DNA of 64,000 bases. Source: an uncultured Holophagales bacterium (GTDB lineage: Bacteria; Acidobacteriota; Thermoanaerobaculia; Multivoradales; UBA5704). The position numbers and the translations under genes are program-made. This document shows positions 39,549 through 52,201 of this stretch, piece by piece. The stretch's first letter is position 1. Every line of letters starts with the position of its first letter. Location: positions 1 to 64,000 of the forward strand of contig CAWJGT010000013.1 in assembly GCA_963842525.1 (NCBI GenBank), in the 5' to 3' direction. The notes beneath the pieces are model-generated. The model searched no databases. It saw only the letters and a list, made by a program, of their open reading frames with translations, and had not been told where the DNA came from.

Positions 39549-41684
39549 TTGACCGTCTTCTCCGAACGCCCGTGGCCGAGCCTCGCCCGGGACGGCACTC
39601 CCCTGCCTGAAGGGTGGACCGAGGTCTCCCTGGAGGAGATCGTCGTGCACGCCCTCGGCGGAGAGTGGGGCAAGGGCGGGGAGGCACCCGGCCTCGTGCC
39701 GGTGCGCGTGATCCGCAGCACGGAGTTCCGTGAGTGGGCGCGCTACAAGGGGAGCACGGCGGCGCAGCGCTGGATCAAGCGGTCGAGCCTCGACAAGCGC
39801 CGGCTCTGGGCGGGCGACATCGTGGTCGAGATCTCCGGCGGCGGCCCCGGGCAGCCGGTCGGCCGCACGCTCCTGATCGACGACGAGGCGATGCGGCAGG
39901 CGAGCCATCCGCTGATCTGCTCCAATTTCTGCCGCCAGATCCGCATCCACCCCGCGATCGATCCCGCCTTCGTGCAGCTCGCGCTCCTCGACAACTACCT
40001 CCGGGGCGAGGTCGAGGCCTATCAGACCCAGACCACCAACCTGCGCAACCTCAAGTTCCGTGATTTCCTCGCCGGCACGCTGCTCCGCCTGCCACCTCCG
40101 GCCGAGCAGAAGCGGATCGTGGCAGCCGTGGCGGACCTGTTCGCCCGGCTCGCCTCGCTGCAGGAAGGGCTGGCCCGGCTGCAGCCGTTCTGCCAGGAAG
40201 TTTCGCAAGTCGGTCCTCGCCGCGGCCGTCACTCGGCAAGCTGACCGAGGAGTGGCGGGTGCAGCAAGGGGATCTCGAGCCTTTCGCCGTCGCCCTGGAA
40301 CGCCGGCTTGGGCAGCGGCGAACGGATTACGAAACCGCATGCCGGAACGCGCAGATGCTCGGGATGCGGAAGCCGAAAAAACCGCTTCATCTCGAGCGGG
40401 GCGGGTGGAGCGCTCCCGAGCCGCTCGCCGACCCCGAGGTGCCGGCGGGCTGGAACCTGGTTTCTCTGCAGGACGTGATCAACGACCTGCAATACGGCAC
40501 CTCGAAGCGGGCCGAGCAAGAGCTCGACGACGGCGTACCGGTCCTGCGCATGGGCAACATCCAGGATGGCGAGCTCGATACCGCCGCCGCGAACATGAAG
40601 ATGATCGATGCCCGCACGAAAGGCATTTCGTCGTTCGTCCTGCGGCGCGGCGACATCCTGTTCAATCGGACGAACAGCCCGGAGCTGGTGGGCAAGGCCG
40701 CGGTGTTCGATCGCGAGCAGCCGATGGTCTTCGCCTCGTACCTGGTGCGCCTGACCTGCGATCACCGGCTGGTCTCGAGCCGCTATGTCTGCTTCTGGAT
40801 CAACTCTCCCTGGGGCCGGCAGTGGGCGAGGACGGTGCGCACGGACTGCGTGAGCCAGTCGAACATCAACGCCTCGAAGCTGCGGACCATGCCTCTGCCA
40901 GCTCCCCCGTTTGCCGAGCAGCAGGAAATCGTACGGCAGGTGGAGAAGCTGTTCGGCTTCGCCGCGGCGTTCGAGCAGCGGCTGGCCGCGGCGAAGCAGC
41001 GGATCGAAATGTTGAAGAGGACGATCCTGGCGCGGGCGTTCCGCGGCGAGCTGATCGCAACCGAGGCGGACCTGGCAAGGTCCGAGGGCAGCGGCTACGA
41101 GCCCGCCGAGGCCCTCCTCGCGCGGGTGCGGGCGGACCGCGAAGCCGCTCCGCGGAAAGCGCGCCGGCGCCTGACGGCCCTGGGGCCGATCCCGCCCTGC
41201 CATTGTCCCCGACACAGAGGACTCCGCCCGGGTCTCCCCCAGGGAACGCTCCCCCGAGGAGGTGATGGCGGCCTTCCGCCAGGCCTGCTGGGGCTCCCGG
41301 GCCATGGGCGAGGAGGAGCTGCTGTACCGCGTCGCCCTGGGCCTCGGCGACTCGCTCGGTCCCGAGCTCCAGGAGCGCCTCCAGGAGCTGCTGGACGTCG
41401 CAGTCTCGCGGCGCATCGTCGCCCGCCAGGGAGACCTCTTCGTGGGGGTCACGCCGAAATTCGCGCGCTACGACGACGACTTCCTGCTCGGTCTGCTGCG
41501 CACCTTCCTGCCGGAGGACGTCGAGCTGGACCGCCGCTCGTTGACCCGGACGGTGGCCACCTGGCTGGGCTACAGCCAGGTGACCGCAGCGATGCGGGAC
41601 CGCATGGAAGAGGTCTTCGAAGAAGGGATCCGGCGCGGCGTGCTGGGCTGGCACGGCGGCCGGATCTGCCATCTTTCCCCGTAA
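39549..41684 (+). CDS. hsdS: Type I R-M specificity subunit with C-terminal extension (indels near 40190-40235 and ~41200)
   Basis: LPEGW, PPPAEQKRIV, VPAGW, QSNIN, PPFAEQQEIV, AFRGEL. Confidence 0.82.
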
Positions 41685-41698
41685 AACGCTGATTCCTC

Positions 41699-42568
41699 TC
41701 AGAGGACGATCCGCCGGTAGCGGGCCTCCAGGAACGAGTACGCTCCGAAGCAGAGCAGGCCGAGCGCAACGATCCCCAGGATCCAGGGGCCGTACGGCTG
41801 CCGTGCCAGCATCTCCAGGGCGCCGGCAAGGCCGCGCGCCTCTGACGGGTCGTAGCGCAATGCGGCCTGGAACAGGAACCAGGCCGTGATGGCGAAGACC
41901 ACGCCGCGCGCCGCCAGGCCTGCCTGCCCGGTGTAGAGCGCGAGCCGCCGCTCGGTCTCGTCCATTTCGTTCATCTTCAGCTTCCGCTGGAATCGCTTGG
42001 TATAGGCCTGCCGGACCTGGGCGAGCGCCGAGACGAGGATCGCCACGCCGGCCAGGATTACCAGCCAGCGGCCGAACGGCCTGTCGAGCAGGCCGGTGGC
42101 GAGGGCCTGGTTGCCCTGGTCTGTTGCCGCGCCGGCGCCTGATCCGGAGCCAGCGACGATCCGGAACGCTGCCAGGGCGAGCCCGCCATAGACCAGGCCG
42201 CTCACGAGCTGTCCACCCCGGACCGCCAGCGCCTTGGCGTCGCTCCCCTGTCCCTCGGCATCGAGGAGGCTCTGCACCAGCCGCCAGAGCGCGTATCCGA
42301 GCAGGCCGACCGCCACCAGAGCAAGCAGCAACCGGCTCTGCTCGGCGATCTTCTGGATCGCTCCCTGCGCCCCCGTCACCTGTCCGCGGCCCAGGAAGGC
42401 CGTCTGCACCGCCAGCAGGCCAATCACCGCGTAGACCACGCCGCGAGCCGCATACCCGAACCGGGCCAGCCTCTCGACCCAGGGGCTGCGGACCGCGCCG
42501 CGGGCCGCCTGCTCCGCCCGCCGCCCCACCTCCTCGAACGTGCCTTTCGTCGGCGTTGTCTGTGCCAT
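41699..42568 (-). CDS. DUF1206 membrane protein
   Basis: ARFGYAARGVVY repeated TM modules, QPYG. Confidence 0.85.
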   Translation of the reverse strand: MAQTTPTKGTFEEVGRRAEQAARGAVRSPWVERLARFGYAARGVVYAVIGLLAVQTAFLGRGQVTGAQGAIQKIAEQSRLLLALVAVGLLGYALWRLVQSLLDAEGQGSDAKALAVRGGQLVSGLVYGGLALAAFRIVAGSGSGAGAATDQGNQALATGLLDRPFGRWLVILAGVAILVSALAQVRQAYTKRFQRKLKMNEMDETERRLALYTGQAGLAARGVVFAITAWFLFQAALRYDPSEARGLAGALEMLARQPYGPWILGIVALGLLCFGAYSFLEARYRRIVL

Positions 42569-42640
42569 GGAGATCCCCTTGTTCGGCTCAATGGAAGCCG
42601 AAGAGGCAGCGGAGCAAGAGACGTACCAGGGGATCGGGTC

Positions 42641-43624
42641 CTACTCGTGCCCGAGCACCGGATGGGGCCGATAGGGTGCCTCGAGCTCCTTCCGCTCCTC
42701 GTCGTCGAGGCGGATGTCCAGGGCGGCGACCGCATCCTCAAGGTGCTCCATCCGCGTGGCGCCGATGATCGGGGCCGTCACCCCTGGTTGGTGGAGGAGC
42801 CAGGCGAGGGCGATCTGGGCGGGCTTGACTCCGCGCCGCTCGGCCAGGGCCACGACCTGATCGACGACCTCGTAGTCCTCGGGCTGGTAGTACATCCGGT
42901 GGGCGTAGTCGTCGCTCTTCGCGCGCCGGGTCTCGCCCGCGCCGCGGTCGCGGCGGTTGCCGGCCAGGAAGCCGCGGGCAAGCGGGCTCCATGGAATGAC
43001 CCCGAGCCCCTCTTCGCGGCAGAGTGGGATCATCTCCCTTTCCTCTTCGCGATAGACCAGGTTGTAATGGTTCTGCATGGATGTGAACCGGGTCCAGCCG
43101 CGGCGGTCGGCCGTGTAGAGAGCTTTCGAGAGCTGCCAGGCGAACATGCTGGACGCGCCGAGATAGCGGACCTTGCCGGACCTGACCAGATCGTTCAAGG
43201 CCTCCAGGGTCTCCTCGATCGGCGTGTCGTGGTCCCACCGGTGGATCTGGTAGAGGTCCACATAATCCATCCCCAGCCGCCGGAGCGAGGCGTCGATCGC
43301 GGCGAAGATGTGCTTGCGCGACAGCCCGCGGTCGTTCGGCCCCTTGCCGCCCGCCGGGAAGTAGACCTTGGTGGCGAGGACCACCTCCTCGCGCTTGGCG
43401 AAATCGCGCAACGCCCGTCCCACGACCTCCTCGCTCGCCCCGTTTGAATACATGTCCGCCGTGTCGAAGAAGTTGACTCCCAGCTCCAGAGCCCGTTGGA
43501 TGAATGGCCGGGCCTCCTCCTCACCCAGAATCCAGTCGCGCCACTGGGGATTGCCGTAGCTCATACAGCCGAGACAGATCCGGGAGACCTTGACGCCGCT
43601 TCGGCCGAGACGGGTGTAGTGCAT
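42641..43624 (-). CDS. Aldo/keto reductase
   Basis: LGCMSYG, FDTADMY, LATK, DLYQIH, GKVRYLGAS, WSPLARG. Confidence 0.93.
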   Translation of the reverse strand: MHYTRLGRSGVKVSRICLGCMSYGNPQWRDWILGEEEARPFIQRALELGVNFFDTADMYSNGASEEVVGRALRDFAKREEVVLATKVYFPAGGKGPNDRGLSRKHIFAAIDASLRRLGMDYVDLYQIHRWDHDTPIEETLEALNDLVRSGKVRYLGASSMFAWQLSKALYTADRRGWTRFTSMQNHYNLVYREEEREMIPLCREEGLGVIPWSPLARGFLAGNRRDRGAGETRRAKSDDYAHRMYYQPEDYEVVDQVVALAERRGVKPAQIALAWLLHQPGVTAPIIGATRMEHLEDAVAALDIRLDDEERKELEAPYRPHPVLGHE

Positions 43625-43946
43625 GGCGGGGATGGTAGCTGAAGCGTGCAGAGTCCAGGAAGCCTAGCCGTGATCCAGATGTCAAGGAGCGCCGGTACGC
43701 TGACTGTCATGGGGCTCAGGCCGACCAGGATGCTGACGCGACTTCCGAGAGCGCGCCTTGGAGCTCGATCTCGGTTCCTGTCTCTCCAATCAGAGGCGCC
43801 ACATCCTGCGTGGCGGACGCCGACCTTGTCCAGGAGGCCCGCCGCGAGCGGGAACTCCTGCGGGCCGAGCAGGGCGAAGGCGCGCTGGGGCTCCGGGATC
43901 GTTAAAGCAGCGTCGAGGCCCATTTTTACGGAAAGGGAGGAGGCCG

Positions 43947-44267
43947 ATGTTCGATTTCTGGGTGGTGACGGGGCGGATTTGCCTAGACGAGGGCTTTCAC
44001 AATCAGCTTTTCGAGAAAGCCCAGCAGGGCGAGGAATTCGCAAGGAACGCGCTCAAGCCGGTTGACGTTATCGGTGACCATAATCAGGGCGCGCGCGAGC
44101 GCCTGGGTGGCGATGAGGCTATCGAAGTCGCCGATCGATCCGTGCGCTCGAAGTCCTTCGGCATACTCCCGACGGCGCGCCAGAAAAAGCCCGGAGCGTT
44201 CGGCCCGCCCTCCTGGCAAGCAATCTCGTCCGGCCGGCGGAGAAGACTTGGCCCCATCCTTGCTTAG
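43947..44267 (+). CDS. Small hypothetical ORF or remnant with an NHLP/Os1348-like start
   Basis: Strong RBS GGGAGGAGG; VTGRICLDEGFHNQLF; 3' part overlaps an antisense PIN remnant. Confidence 0.3.
   Translation: MFDFWVVTGRICLDEGFHNQLFEKAQQGEEFARNALKPVDVIGDHNQGARERLGGDEAIEVADRSVRSKSFGILPTARQKKPGAFGPPSWQAISSGRRRRLGPILA
44040..44185 (-). pseudogene. VapC/PIN toxin C-terminal remnant
   Basis: GSIGDFDSLIATQALARALIMVTDNVNRLERVP without an N-terminus. Confidence 0.6.
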
Positions 44268-44327
44268 TAGGCTAGCAGGGGTGATGATCCCATCCCCCCA
44301 ACCTTGAGCACATTGAGGAGAACTAAC

Positions 44328-44834
44328 ATGGCTAAAACTTACGAAGAGACTGAAGTCCTCAATACCGAGCATACTCACGACAAAACACATCCGGTCGGCA
44401 CCAGCGTCGGTGGCGCGGCGGGCGCGGCGACGGGCGCTGCGATCGGTACGGCAGTCGGCGGTCCGGGAGTGGGCACGCTGGTCGGCGCGGCCGTCGGTGC
44501 AGTGGTCGGCGGTCTGGCCGGTCACGGCATCGCGGAAGGGATCGATCCCACCGTCGAAGACGGCTACTGGCGTGAGAACTACCGTACCCGCCCCTACGCG
44601 GATACGAACCGCAGCTACGACGACTATCAGCCGGCCTACAAGTACGGCTGGGAGTCGCGCGGCCGCTACGCCGACCGCACCTGGGACCAGGCCGAAAACG
44701 ACCTCGAGCGCGGCTGGGAGAACGCCAAGGGCGCTTCGCGGCAGACCTGGAACGAGGCCAAGCACGCCACCAAGGACGCCTGGCATCGCGTCGAGCGGGC
44801 CCTGCCGGGTGACGCCGACCGCGACGGCCGTTAG
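44328..44834 (+). CDS. Glycine-zipper general-stress-type protein
   Basis: GGAAGAATGAAIG..VGAAVGAVVGGLAG; YWRENY..PAYKYG..AWHR. Confidence 0.75.
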   Translation: MAKTYEETEVLNTEHTHDKTHPVGTSVGGAAGAATGAAIGTAVGGPGVGTLVGAAVGAVVGGLAGHGIAEGIDPTVEDGYWRENYRTRPYADTNRSYDDYQPAYKYGWESRGRYADRTWDQAENDLERGWENAKGASRQTWNEAKHATKDAWHRVERALPGDADRDGR

Positions 44835-44869
44835 AAAACTGACGCAACACCCCGTTTGCAGCAAAAGAG

Positions 44870-44907
44870 TTCAGGGTGGAGATCCACCCTGACCTCTCGC
44901 TTTTTCA
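44870..44907 (+). terminator. Probable intrinsic terminator between convergent genes
   Basis: TCAGGGTGGA-GA-TCCACCCTGA hairpin with a T-tract shortly after. Confidence 0.5.
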
Positions 44908-44919
44908 GGGGAGCTGACG

Positions 44920-46245
44920 TCAGTGCGCCTGCAACCAGGTGAGGATCGGCTGCCAGACGAGGGCCTGGGCGTTGTTGCCCAGGAAGAGATCTGCGTGCCC
45001 GTAATCGGAGAGCCGCGCTTCCGGAGGCGTCAGGTCGACGATGTGCGTGGTCACGTCCGTGCTGCCGAGGAGTGTCGTGGAGTAGATCCCGAACTCGCCG
45101 AAGCCGCCGCCGGCACCCACATACAGGACCGGATTGGTGATCTCGTCCAGGTGGTCGTCGAAAGGGACGTCCTGCTGCTCACACATCACCAGCTCGGCGT
45201 CGGCGAGCTCCCGCGTCGGCTGGAAGGATGCGGCGCCTCCCAGCAGGGTCAGCCACGTCGGTTTCGGGCTGTAGAGGAGGCCGGTCGGGACAGGCAGGCC
45301 GCTCGGCGCCGGCGCCGCGGCGAAGGTGCCGCCGGTGAAGTGATAGAACGGCACAGGCTCGTCGGGCGTGAGGAGGATGAAGGTGGCTTCCCCGGTCAGC
45401 AGCGCGGCCTGGTCGTTGTTCAGGCCCGGAAAGACGGGGGAGGCCCCCGCCGGGTTCGTCGTGGCCAGGGAGGCAATGCTCTGGATGAGCGTTCCCGTCG
45501 AATCCTGCCACGTCTGAGCGGCGATCTGCGCCTGCCGTGCCGCCGAGCGCCGGCAGGCCGCCTCCCGGAAGGCGCCGACGTCGGTCTTGTAGTAGATGTC
45601 GACCGGAATGAAGCCTTTGACGTTGCGCAGGAACCCGGGGATCTGCGTCTCGGCGTTCAGGTAGGCATAGCCGATCTGGCCGCCACGGCTCCAGCCGAGC
45701 AGGTTCATCTTGTCGAGACCGTTGCCGGTGAGGAAACGGGTGATGCGCGCCAGGCCCAGGGAGACGTAGAGGTCCTGGATGTCGTGCTGGAAGCCCCAAT
45801 TTTTCATGAACGCGAAGTTGGTCTCGCTGGCCGGCACACGGACCCAGCGCTGATCGATGCCCCAGACATCCACGCCGTTCCGGGCGAGGAAGACCGGAAG
45901 GTTGCGCGCCGGATCGGCCAGGAAGGCGGCCCGGAAGCCCCAGATGTCGCCATGGAGCAGGAGGATGCTTTCGCGGGTGCGGATCGGCCGGAAGGGCGTG
46001 GTCTCGCGTACAACCCGGTGCATCGTGATCACGTCATAGGGGCCGGCCCCGACGCGCACTGGAAAGGTGTACTCGACCACATTGCCGGCCAGCACCCGGC
46101 GCTGGAGCGCGCCGGCAGTGCACCCGGAGCCGTTACAGGCCCGCGCAACGGCTTTCTGGAGAGCCTGCCGGTCGGAGGCCCGATCAGCCGCGGCCAGCGC
46201 CGGCAGAGCGAGGGAGAGGACAAGGACGGCAAGAAGCTTCTTCAT
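44920..46245 (-). CDS. Secreted alpha/beta hydrolase
   Basis: Signal peptide, LLLHG, GWSRGG nucleophile elbow, YGHAD. Confidence 0.8.
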   Translation of the reverse strand: MKKLLAVLVLSLALPALAAADRASDRQALQKAVARACNGSGCTAGALQRRVLAGNVVEYTFPVRVGAGPYDVITMHRVVRETTPFRPIRTRESILLLHGDIWGFRAAFLADPARNLPVFLARNGVDVWGIDQRWVRVPASETNFAFMKNWGFQHDIQDLYVSLGLARITRFLTGNGLDKMNLLGWSRGGQIGYAYLNAETQIPGFLRNVKGFIPVDIYYKTDVGAFREAACRRSAARQAQIAAQTWQDSTGTLIQSIASLATTNPAGASPVFPGLNNDQAALLTGEATFILLTPDEPVPFYHFTGGTFAAAPAPSGLPVPTGLLYSPKPTWLTLLGGAASFQPTRELADAELVMCEQQDVPFDDHLDEITNPVLYVGAGGGFGEFGIYSTTLLGSTDVTTHIVDLTPPEARLSDYGHADLFLGNNAQALVWQPILTWLQAH

Positions 46246-46356
46246 GATGGGAATGACTCCTCGTAGGAAAACTCCACACCGTGGGTTCCAGGAGTGGATG
46301 GGCCACGACGAAACAACCTCATTGAGAGAGAATAGAGACAAACCAAGGAGAACGCC

Positions 46357-46782
46357 ATGAGATCCACGAAGTCACGTTGCTTCGCGCTGTCTTTCGCCAT
46401 CCTCTGCCTGTTGCAGATCGCCCTGCCGGTCGAGGCCGCGCGCCGGCCCCGCGTCCGCGGCTGGGAGCTCCTGGGCACCCGCACCGTCACCGACCGGGTC
46501 GACCATGACGTGATCGCGGTCACGGCGGCGAAGGGGACCTTCCGCCGGCTTCAGGTCCAGGTCGAGGGCCGGGCCGTCCAGTTCCGCGCCATGAAGCTCC
46601 ACTTCGGCAACGGCGAGACGCAGGACATTGAGCTACGCGACGTCATCTCCGCTGGAGGTGAGTCGCGTGTCATCGACGTCCAGGGCCCGGGAGACCGGGT
46701 GATCCGCAGCATCGAATTCCGCTACGACGCCCAGTCGCTCGGCGGCAAGAGAGCGGTCGTCAAGGTGTACGGAAAGAACTGA
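46357..46782 (+). CDS. Secreted DUF2541-like protein
   Basis: Signal peptide, [28 protein letters not shown]. Confidence 0.7.
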   Translation: MRSTKSRCFALSFAILCLLQIALPVEAARRPRVRGWELLGTRTVTDRVDHDVIAVTAAKGTFRRLQVQVEGRAVQFRAMKLHFGNGETQDIELRDVISAGGESRVIDVQGPGDRVIRSIEFRYDAQSLGGKRAVVKVYGKN

Positions 46783-46940
46783 GCCCTCTCTCCCCCTGAC
46801 CCCCTCTCCCGTGCGTCCTCCACCCATTCCCCCCGAACGGGAGAGGGGGAAACGCGGGCAGGAATTGTGGGTGGTGGCGCCCCTCTCCCGCTCGGGGTGG
46901 CGGGTGGTGGCCGCGCGGGGGAGGGGTCGGGGGAGGGGGC

Positions 46941-46941
<1 letters not shown>
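46783..46941. repeat. REP-like palindromic element (same family as 490-647)
   Basis: CCCCCTGACCCCCTCTCCCG...CGGGAGAGGGG...GGGGAGGGGTCGGGGGAGGGGGC between convergent genes. Confidence 0.7.
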
Positions 46942-48534
<1,593 letters not shown>

Positions 48535-48644
48535 GGATGGCCCCTGGCCGGGCCGAGGGCCCGAGGGAAGTGTCGTCCCCCGTAACACCGGGAAGACCGG
48601 GATTGTTCCCCCAGAACCGTCAGTGACCCTGAGCACGTTCCCGT

Positions 48645-50165
48645 CTACTTTTTGTACGTATAGAGCTTCTGCATCCGCCCCCACACCACATCCAGGGGTT
48701 TCGGCGTCCAATGCTTTTTGGGATTGCGCTCGATCTTGTAGTCCACGTATTTCTTGGCGACCCGCTCCTGCCGCTCGAAGAATTCACCGAGCTTGTCCTT
48801 GATGTCTTCGGGCTTGGACACCGGACCCTGGTAATGGAACTGGCCCGTACCGAGGCCGGTGGCGATTTCGGCCGTGCGGGCCACCTCCACGGCGCCTCCC
48901 ATGGACATGTTGAAGAGTCCGCCGCCATGGGGGCGGCCGTCGAAGGCCTCTTTCCAGGTCATCCGGCCGACCGCGATCAGCTTGAGAACCATCATGGCGT
49001 TGGCGTAGGCCGATGGCGAGCGCTCTCCTTCAGTGCCGAACATCAGCCAGACGAGCTTGGCAAAGAACTTGTCCAGTCGTTCGATGTCGCCGTCCTCCAT
49101 GCTGGAGTCCTTCGCCGCGTAGCCCGGGGTTCTGCCTTTGAGGACGGCCATGGCCCACTGCCCAAAGGTCGCATCATTGACGTTAGCGAGCTCGGTCTTG
49201 GCGTAGTAGCCGCGGATGCTTCGGATATAGGACTTGATCTCCTCTCTGATGGCCGGGTATTCGGTGAAACCGTGGACCGTCGACTTGACGCCGCCCCTGG
49301 TCCCGAGATCGGAGGTCACAGTGGCGGTCGGCAGATCTTCGAATTGCGTGCGGAAGCTGTACTTCATCCCCGTCCAGCCTTCGGGGATTGTCTCGGCGAG
49401 CTCGGCCATGGACTCGTCGATGGTCGTTTTGCCCGTGGCGTTCTTGACCTGGGTCTGGTACTCGTTCCGCCAGACCTGATTGATGCCCAGGATTTCGCCA
49501 GGCTGTTGGATCTCGAAGGTCCAGTCGAAGGCTTTGCCGGAGAAGACCTCCTGCCAGTCATTCTTGGCAGTCTGGATATCGGGGAGCTGCTCGAGGTCCC
49601 GCCCGAACGAGTGGAGCAGCTTGATTCCTATCGGCGGATCGACCGGATCGATGGAGGTGTCCATGGAGTCATCGTCCTCGCTCGCGCGCTGGATGACCCG
49701 GGGAGCGGCTCCGGGTGCTGCGGGCCGGCGGAGCGGGAGCCTCGGAGCCGGGACGGGAGAGGGCTTGGCCTGGGCCGCGCCGGGAGCCGGGGTCCGGAGG
49801 GCCGCTGCCACGTGCGGCGCCTGCGAACGGTGCGCCGCGGCAGCCGTCCTGGGCTGGATCGCCGGCCGGGAGAGCGGAACGGGCGCGGTGGCTCGCAGGG
49901 CTGCCTGCACGTGAGGCGCTGGCGGGCGATGTGCCGCGGAGGCCTTGAGTTGAATCCCGCCGGGAGCGCCGCTGCGGCACGCCGCTACCGACGCTTGGAC
50001 GTGCGCGGCCGGGGAGCGCATCGGCAAAGCGGTGCGTGCCTGGACGGTGGAACCGGGCAGATGGAGCTGCGCCTGGACATGAGGTGCCCGTGCCGGTACG
50101 TTTGCCGACGGACAGGCGGGCCTGCCTGAACAGGGAGGGCGCTGGGAGGAACGGTTTGACGTCAT
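48645..50165 (-). CDS. Hypothetical effector-like protein: Pro/Ala-rich APHVQA repeats, VIQR motif, ~345-aa globular C-terminal domain
   Basis: APHVQA/AAHVQA/APHVAA x4; VQAR, IQLK, IQPR, AQAK, VIQR; ATG at 50165 inferred. Confidence 0.65.
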   Translation of the reverse strand: MTSNRSSQRPPCSGRPACPSANVPARAPHVQAQLHLPGSTVQARTALPMRSPAAHVQASVAACRSGAPGGIQLKASAAHRPPAPHVQAALRATAPVPLSRPAIQPRTAAAAHRSQAPHVAAALRTPAPGAAQAKPSPVPAPRLPLRRPAAPGAAPRVIQRASEDDDSMDTSIDPVDPPIGIKLLHSFGRDLEQLPDIQTAKNDWQEVFSGKAFDWTFEIQQPGEILGINQVWRNEYQTQVKNATGKTTIDESMAELAETIPEGWTGMKYSFRTQFEDLPTATVTSDLGTRGGVKSTVHGFTEYPAIREEIKSYIRSIRGYYAKTELANVNDATFGQWAMAVLKGRTPGYAAKDSSMEDGDIERLDKFFAKLVWLMFGTEGERSPSAYANAMMVLKLIAVGRMTWKEAFDGRPHGGGLFNMSMGGAVEVARTAEIATGLGTGQFHYQGPVSKPEDIKDKLGEFFERQERVAKKYVDYKIERNPKKHWTPKPLDVVWGRMQKLYTYKK

Positions 50166-50260
50166 GCCGGCACTCGAAGCCAAGCGCATTGTAGCGCACC
50201 GGTCGCGGCTCCCGTGCGATACTCGGCGTCCCTGGACAACCCTCGTCGAAGGAGGATTCG

Positions 50261-50426
50261 ATGAAGAAGACCCTGCGGAAGCTGACCCTGAGAAGAGACC
50301 CTGCGCAGCCTGGAAGCTCGGGGCCGTGGACTGGGCCCCGTCCAGATGTCTTGCGAGCAGAGCTGCTACGACATGTCCTGTGAAGGAGGGTGCGGGATCT
50401 CGGAGGATGCAACGACCGGGAAATAG
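50261..50426 (+). pseudogene. Frameshifted copy of the RiPP-like precursor at 52202
   Basis: Near-identical to 52202-52369 but lacks 2 nt (CTGAG--AAGAG versus CTGAGCAAAGAG). Confidence 0.75.
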
Positions 50427-50633
50427 CGCTCCTGGAGGCAGGATACGATCCTCTTCGCGCCGGGCCGCCGCTCCAGGGCGCGGCGCCACGTTTCTGTGGC
50501 GTCCCGACAGGCTGGTGGTTCGTTGGTGAGCCGAGATCACACGCATGGAGGGGTTTCGTGCTGCAAACTTGTGTTTGAGGTCATGCATTTGCCGCGTTGC
50601 TCTCTTCGCCCCGGGGTCTCTACGATCGTGCCA

Positions 50634-50942
50634 ATGGAACTCAACCCGGGCCCCGCACTCCGATTTTGCAAGAGGCATATGCGCTGCAGCACCAACCGGC
50701 TCGCCGCGGAGCTCAATGTCCATCCCAACACCTTGCGTTCCTATGAGCGCGGCGAGCGGGCGCTCGATGAAGAGACCTTCGTCAAAGCGTGCATCCTCCT
50801 GGACGTCGACGTAGCCGAGGCCTTCTCGGCGGCCTGCCTTTCCGGGCTCATCTCAGCGCCAAGCTATCTGTCGGCGCCCTTCCAGGGCTCTTCAGTGCAA
50901 AGGCTGAAGGTGTTCAACCGAGCCCTTCCAAGTGAGTCTTGA
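50634..50942 (+). CDS. XRE-family HTH regulator (possibly truncated)
   Basis: TNRLAAELNVHPNTLRSYERGER. Confidence 0.6.
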   Translation: MELNPGPALRFCKRHMRCSTNRLAAELNVHPNTLRSYERGERALDEETFVKACILLDVDVAEAFSAACLSGLISAPSYLSAPFQGSSVQRLKVFNRALPSES

Positions 50943-51246
50943 GCTGTGGCAGGTCATGCCGAATCACCTGCCAGATGATCTCGAGGTCCAAGCCGAAGTA
51001 TTCGTGCACGATGCGATTGCGCAGACCCGAGATTTGCCGCCAGGGCACATTCGGATGACGGTTGGAGAAATCTTCCGGCAGTTGCCGCGTTGCCTCCCCA
51101 ACAACCTCCAGGTTCCGGACTACAGCATCAACGGTCTTCTCGTCCTGGCGGAAAATCTCCTGATCCATTCCGGCTGTATACCGTTCGATTTTTTGAATAG
51201 CAGCGAGGATGTCCTCGATCAAAAGATCGGGATCACGTTTAGGCAT
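50914..51246 (-). CDS. HEPN/DUF86 RNase toxin (HepT-like)
   Basis: DAVVRNLEVVGEA, LRNRIVHEY (Rx4H). Confidence 0.92.
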   Translation of the reverse strand: MPKRDPDLLIEDILAAIQKIERYTAGMDQEIFRQDEKTVDAVVRNLEVVGEATRQLPEDFSNRHPNVPWRQISGLRNRIVHEYFGLDLEIIWQVIRHDLPQLKTHLEGLG

Positions 51247-51529
51247 CGATCAGCTCCAGTTCGATTCGCTTCCAGAGGGAAGGTTTGATGGCTCGCCTTG
51301 AGACCAGGTCCACCCGGCGGCCCAGCGCCCGTTCGAGCTCATCGCCCAGGTCTACGAAGCCCAAGCCGATCGAGGGGTCTACCTCGACCATCACATCGAC
51401 GTCGCTGTCTTCCCGGGCCTCGCCGCGTGCCCAGGAGCCGAACAGGGCCAAGCGCTGGATCGGATAGCGCCGGTTCAGGAGGGTGTGTTGCTCGCGCAGT
51501 GTTGCCAGGATTTCATCGAGTGTAGACAT
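51239..51529 (-). CDS. MNT nucleotidyltransferase antitoxin (MntA-like)
   Basis: LFGSWARGE...SDVDVMV, VDLV; overlaps the HEPN start. Confidence 0.92.
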   Translation of the reverse strand: MSTLDEILATLREQHTLLNRRYPIQRLALFGSWARGEAREDSDVDVMVEVDPSIGLGFVDLGDELERALGRRVDLVSRRAIKPSLWKRIELELIDA

Positions 51530-51680
51530 TGCAAGGCTTCCGTCGTAGCAGCAGTGGTGGTGTAACAAATCCGGGACGAGCGGTCAAGGGCACCGACTCT
51601 CCATCCGGAGACCTGGAAGCCACCCCCCGAACCAGCGTAGCACCGACATCGCATCCTTGTGGACGCCGACGGCCCCCCAC

Positions 51681-52062
51681 CTACGACTCAGCAGCCTCGG
51701 GACGCGGCGCCTTCCGGGTGTACAGCGCCTCGCGGTGGGGTCGGCCTTCGCGGATGAGGTGGATGCGGCCGTAGCGCTCCAGGCGGCGGAGGACCACAGA
51801 GACCTGGCGGGCCTCGGCGGGCTTGCGGAGCCCTTTGCCAAAACGGTGGCACGACCCGCTCGGCGAGCTCGAGGATGGCGGACGAGGCGGACTTGAAGGC
51901 GTCCAGACGCGCGGTGATCTGCTCGAGCTCCGAGGCGTGATGGGCCCGCTGCTGCCGGTGCTGCTCTTCCTGCCCGCCATGGTAGGACTCGCGGTCACGA
52001 TGGAAGGCGGCCTGTGCCTCCAGCCTTGCGACGATCTCGGACATGGAACGGTTGGCTCTCAT
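51681..52062 (-). pseudogene. Internally deleted copy of the 57448-58002 gene
   Basis: Near-identical to 57495-58091 but missing ~135 bp at ~51843, which shifts the frame. Confidence 0.85.
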
Positions 52063-52201
52063 CGACCCTCCTTCAGATCTCGACAGCGCGGAAAACCATC
52101 CGGTCCGCCCGCTGAGACCCTGCCTCCGCGGGCCTGCGGACCCGCCCTATCCCCGTGCGATACTCGGCGTCCCTGGACAACCCTCGTCAAAGGAGGATTC
52201 G

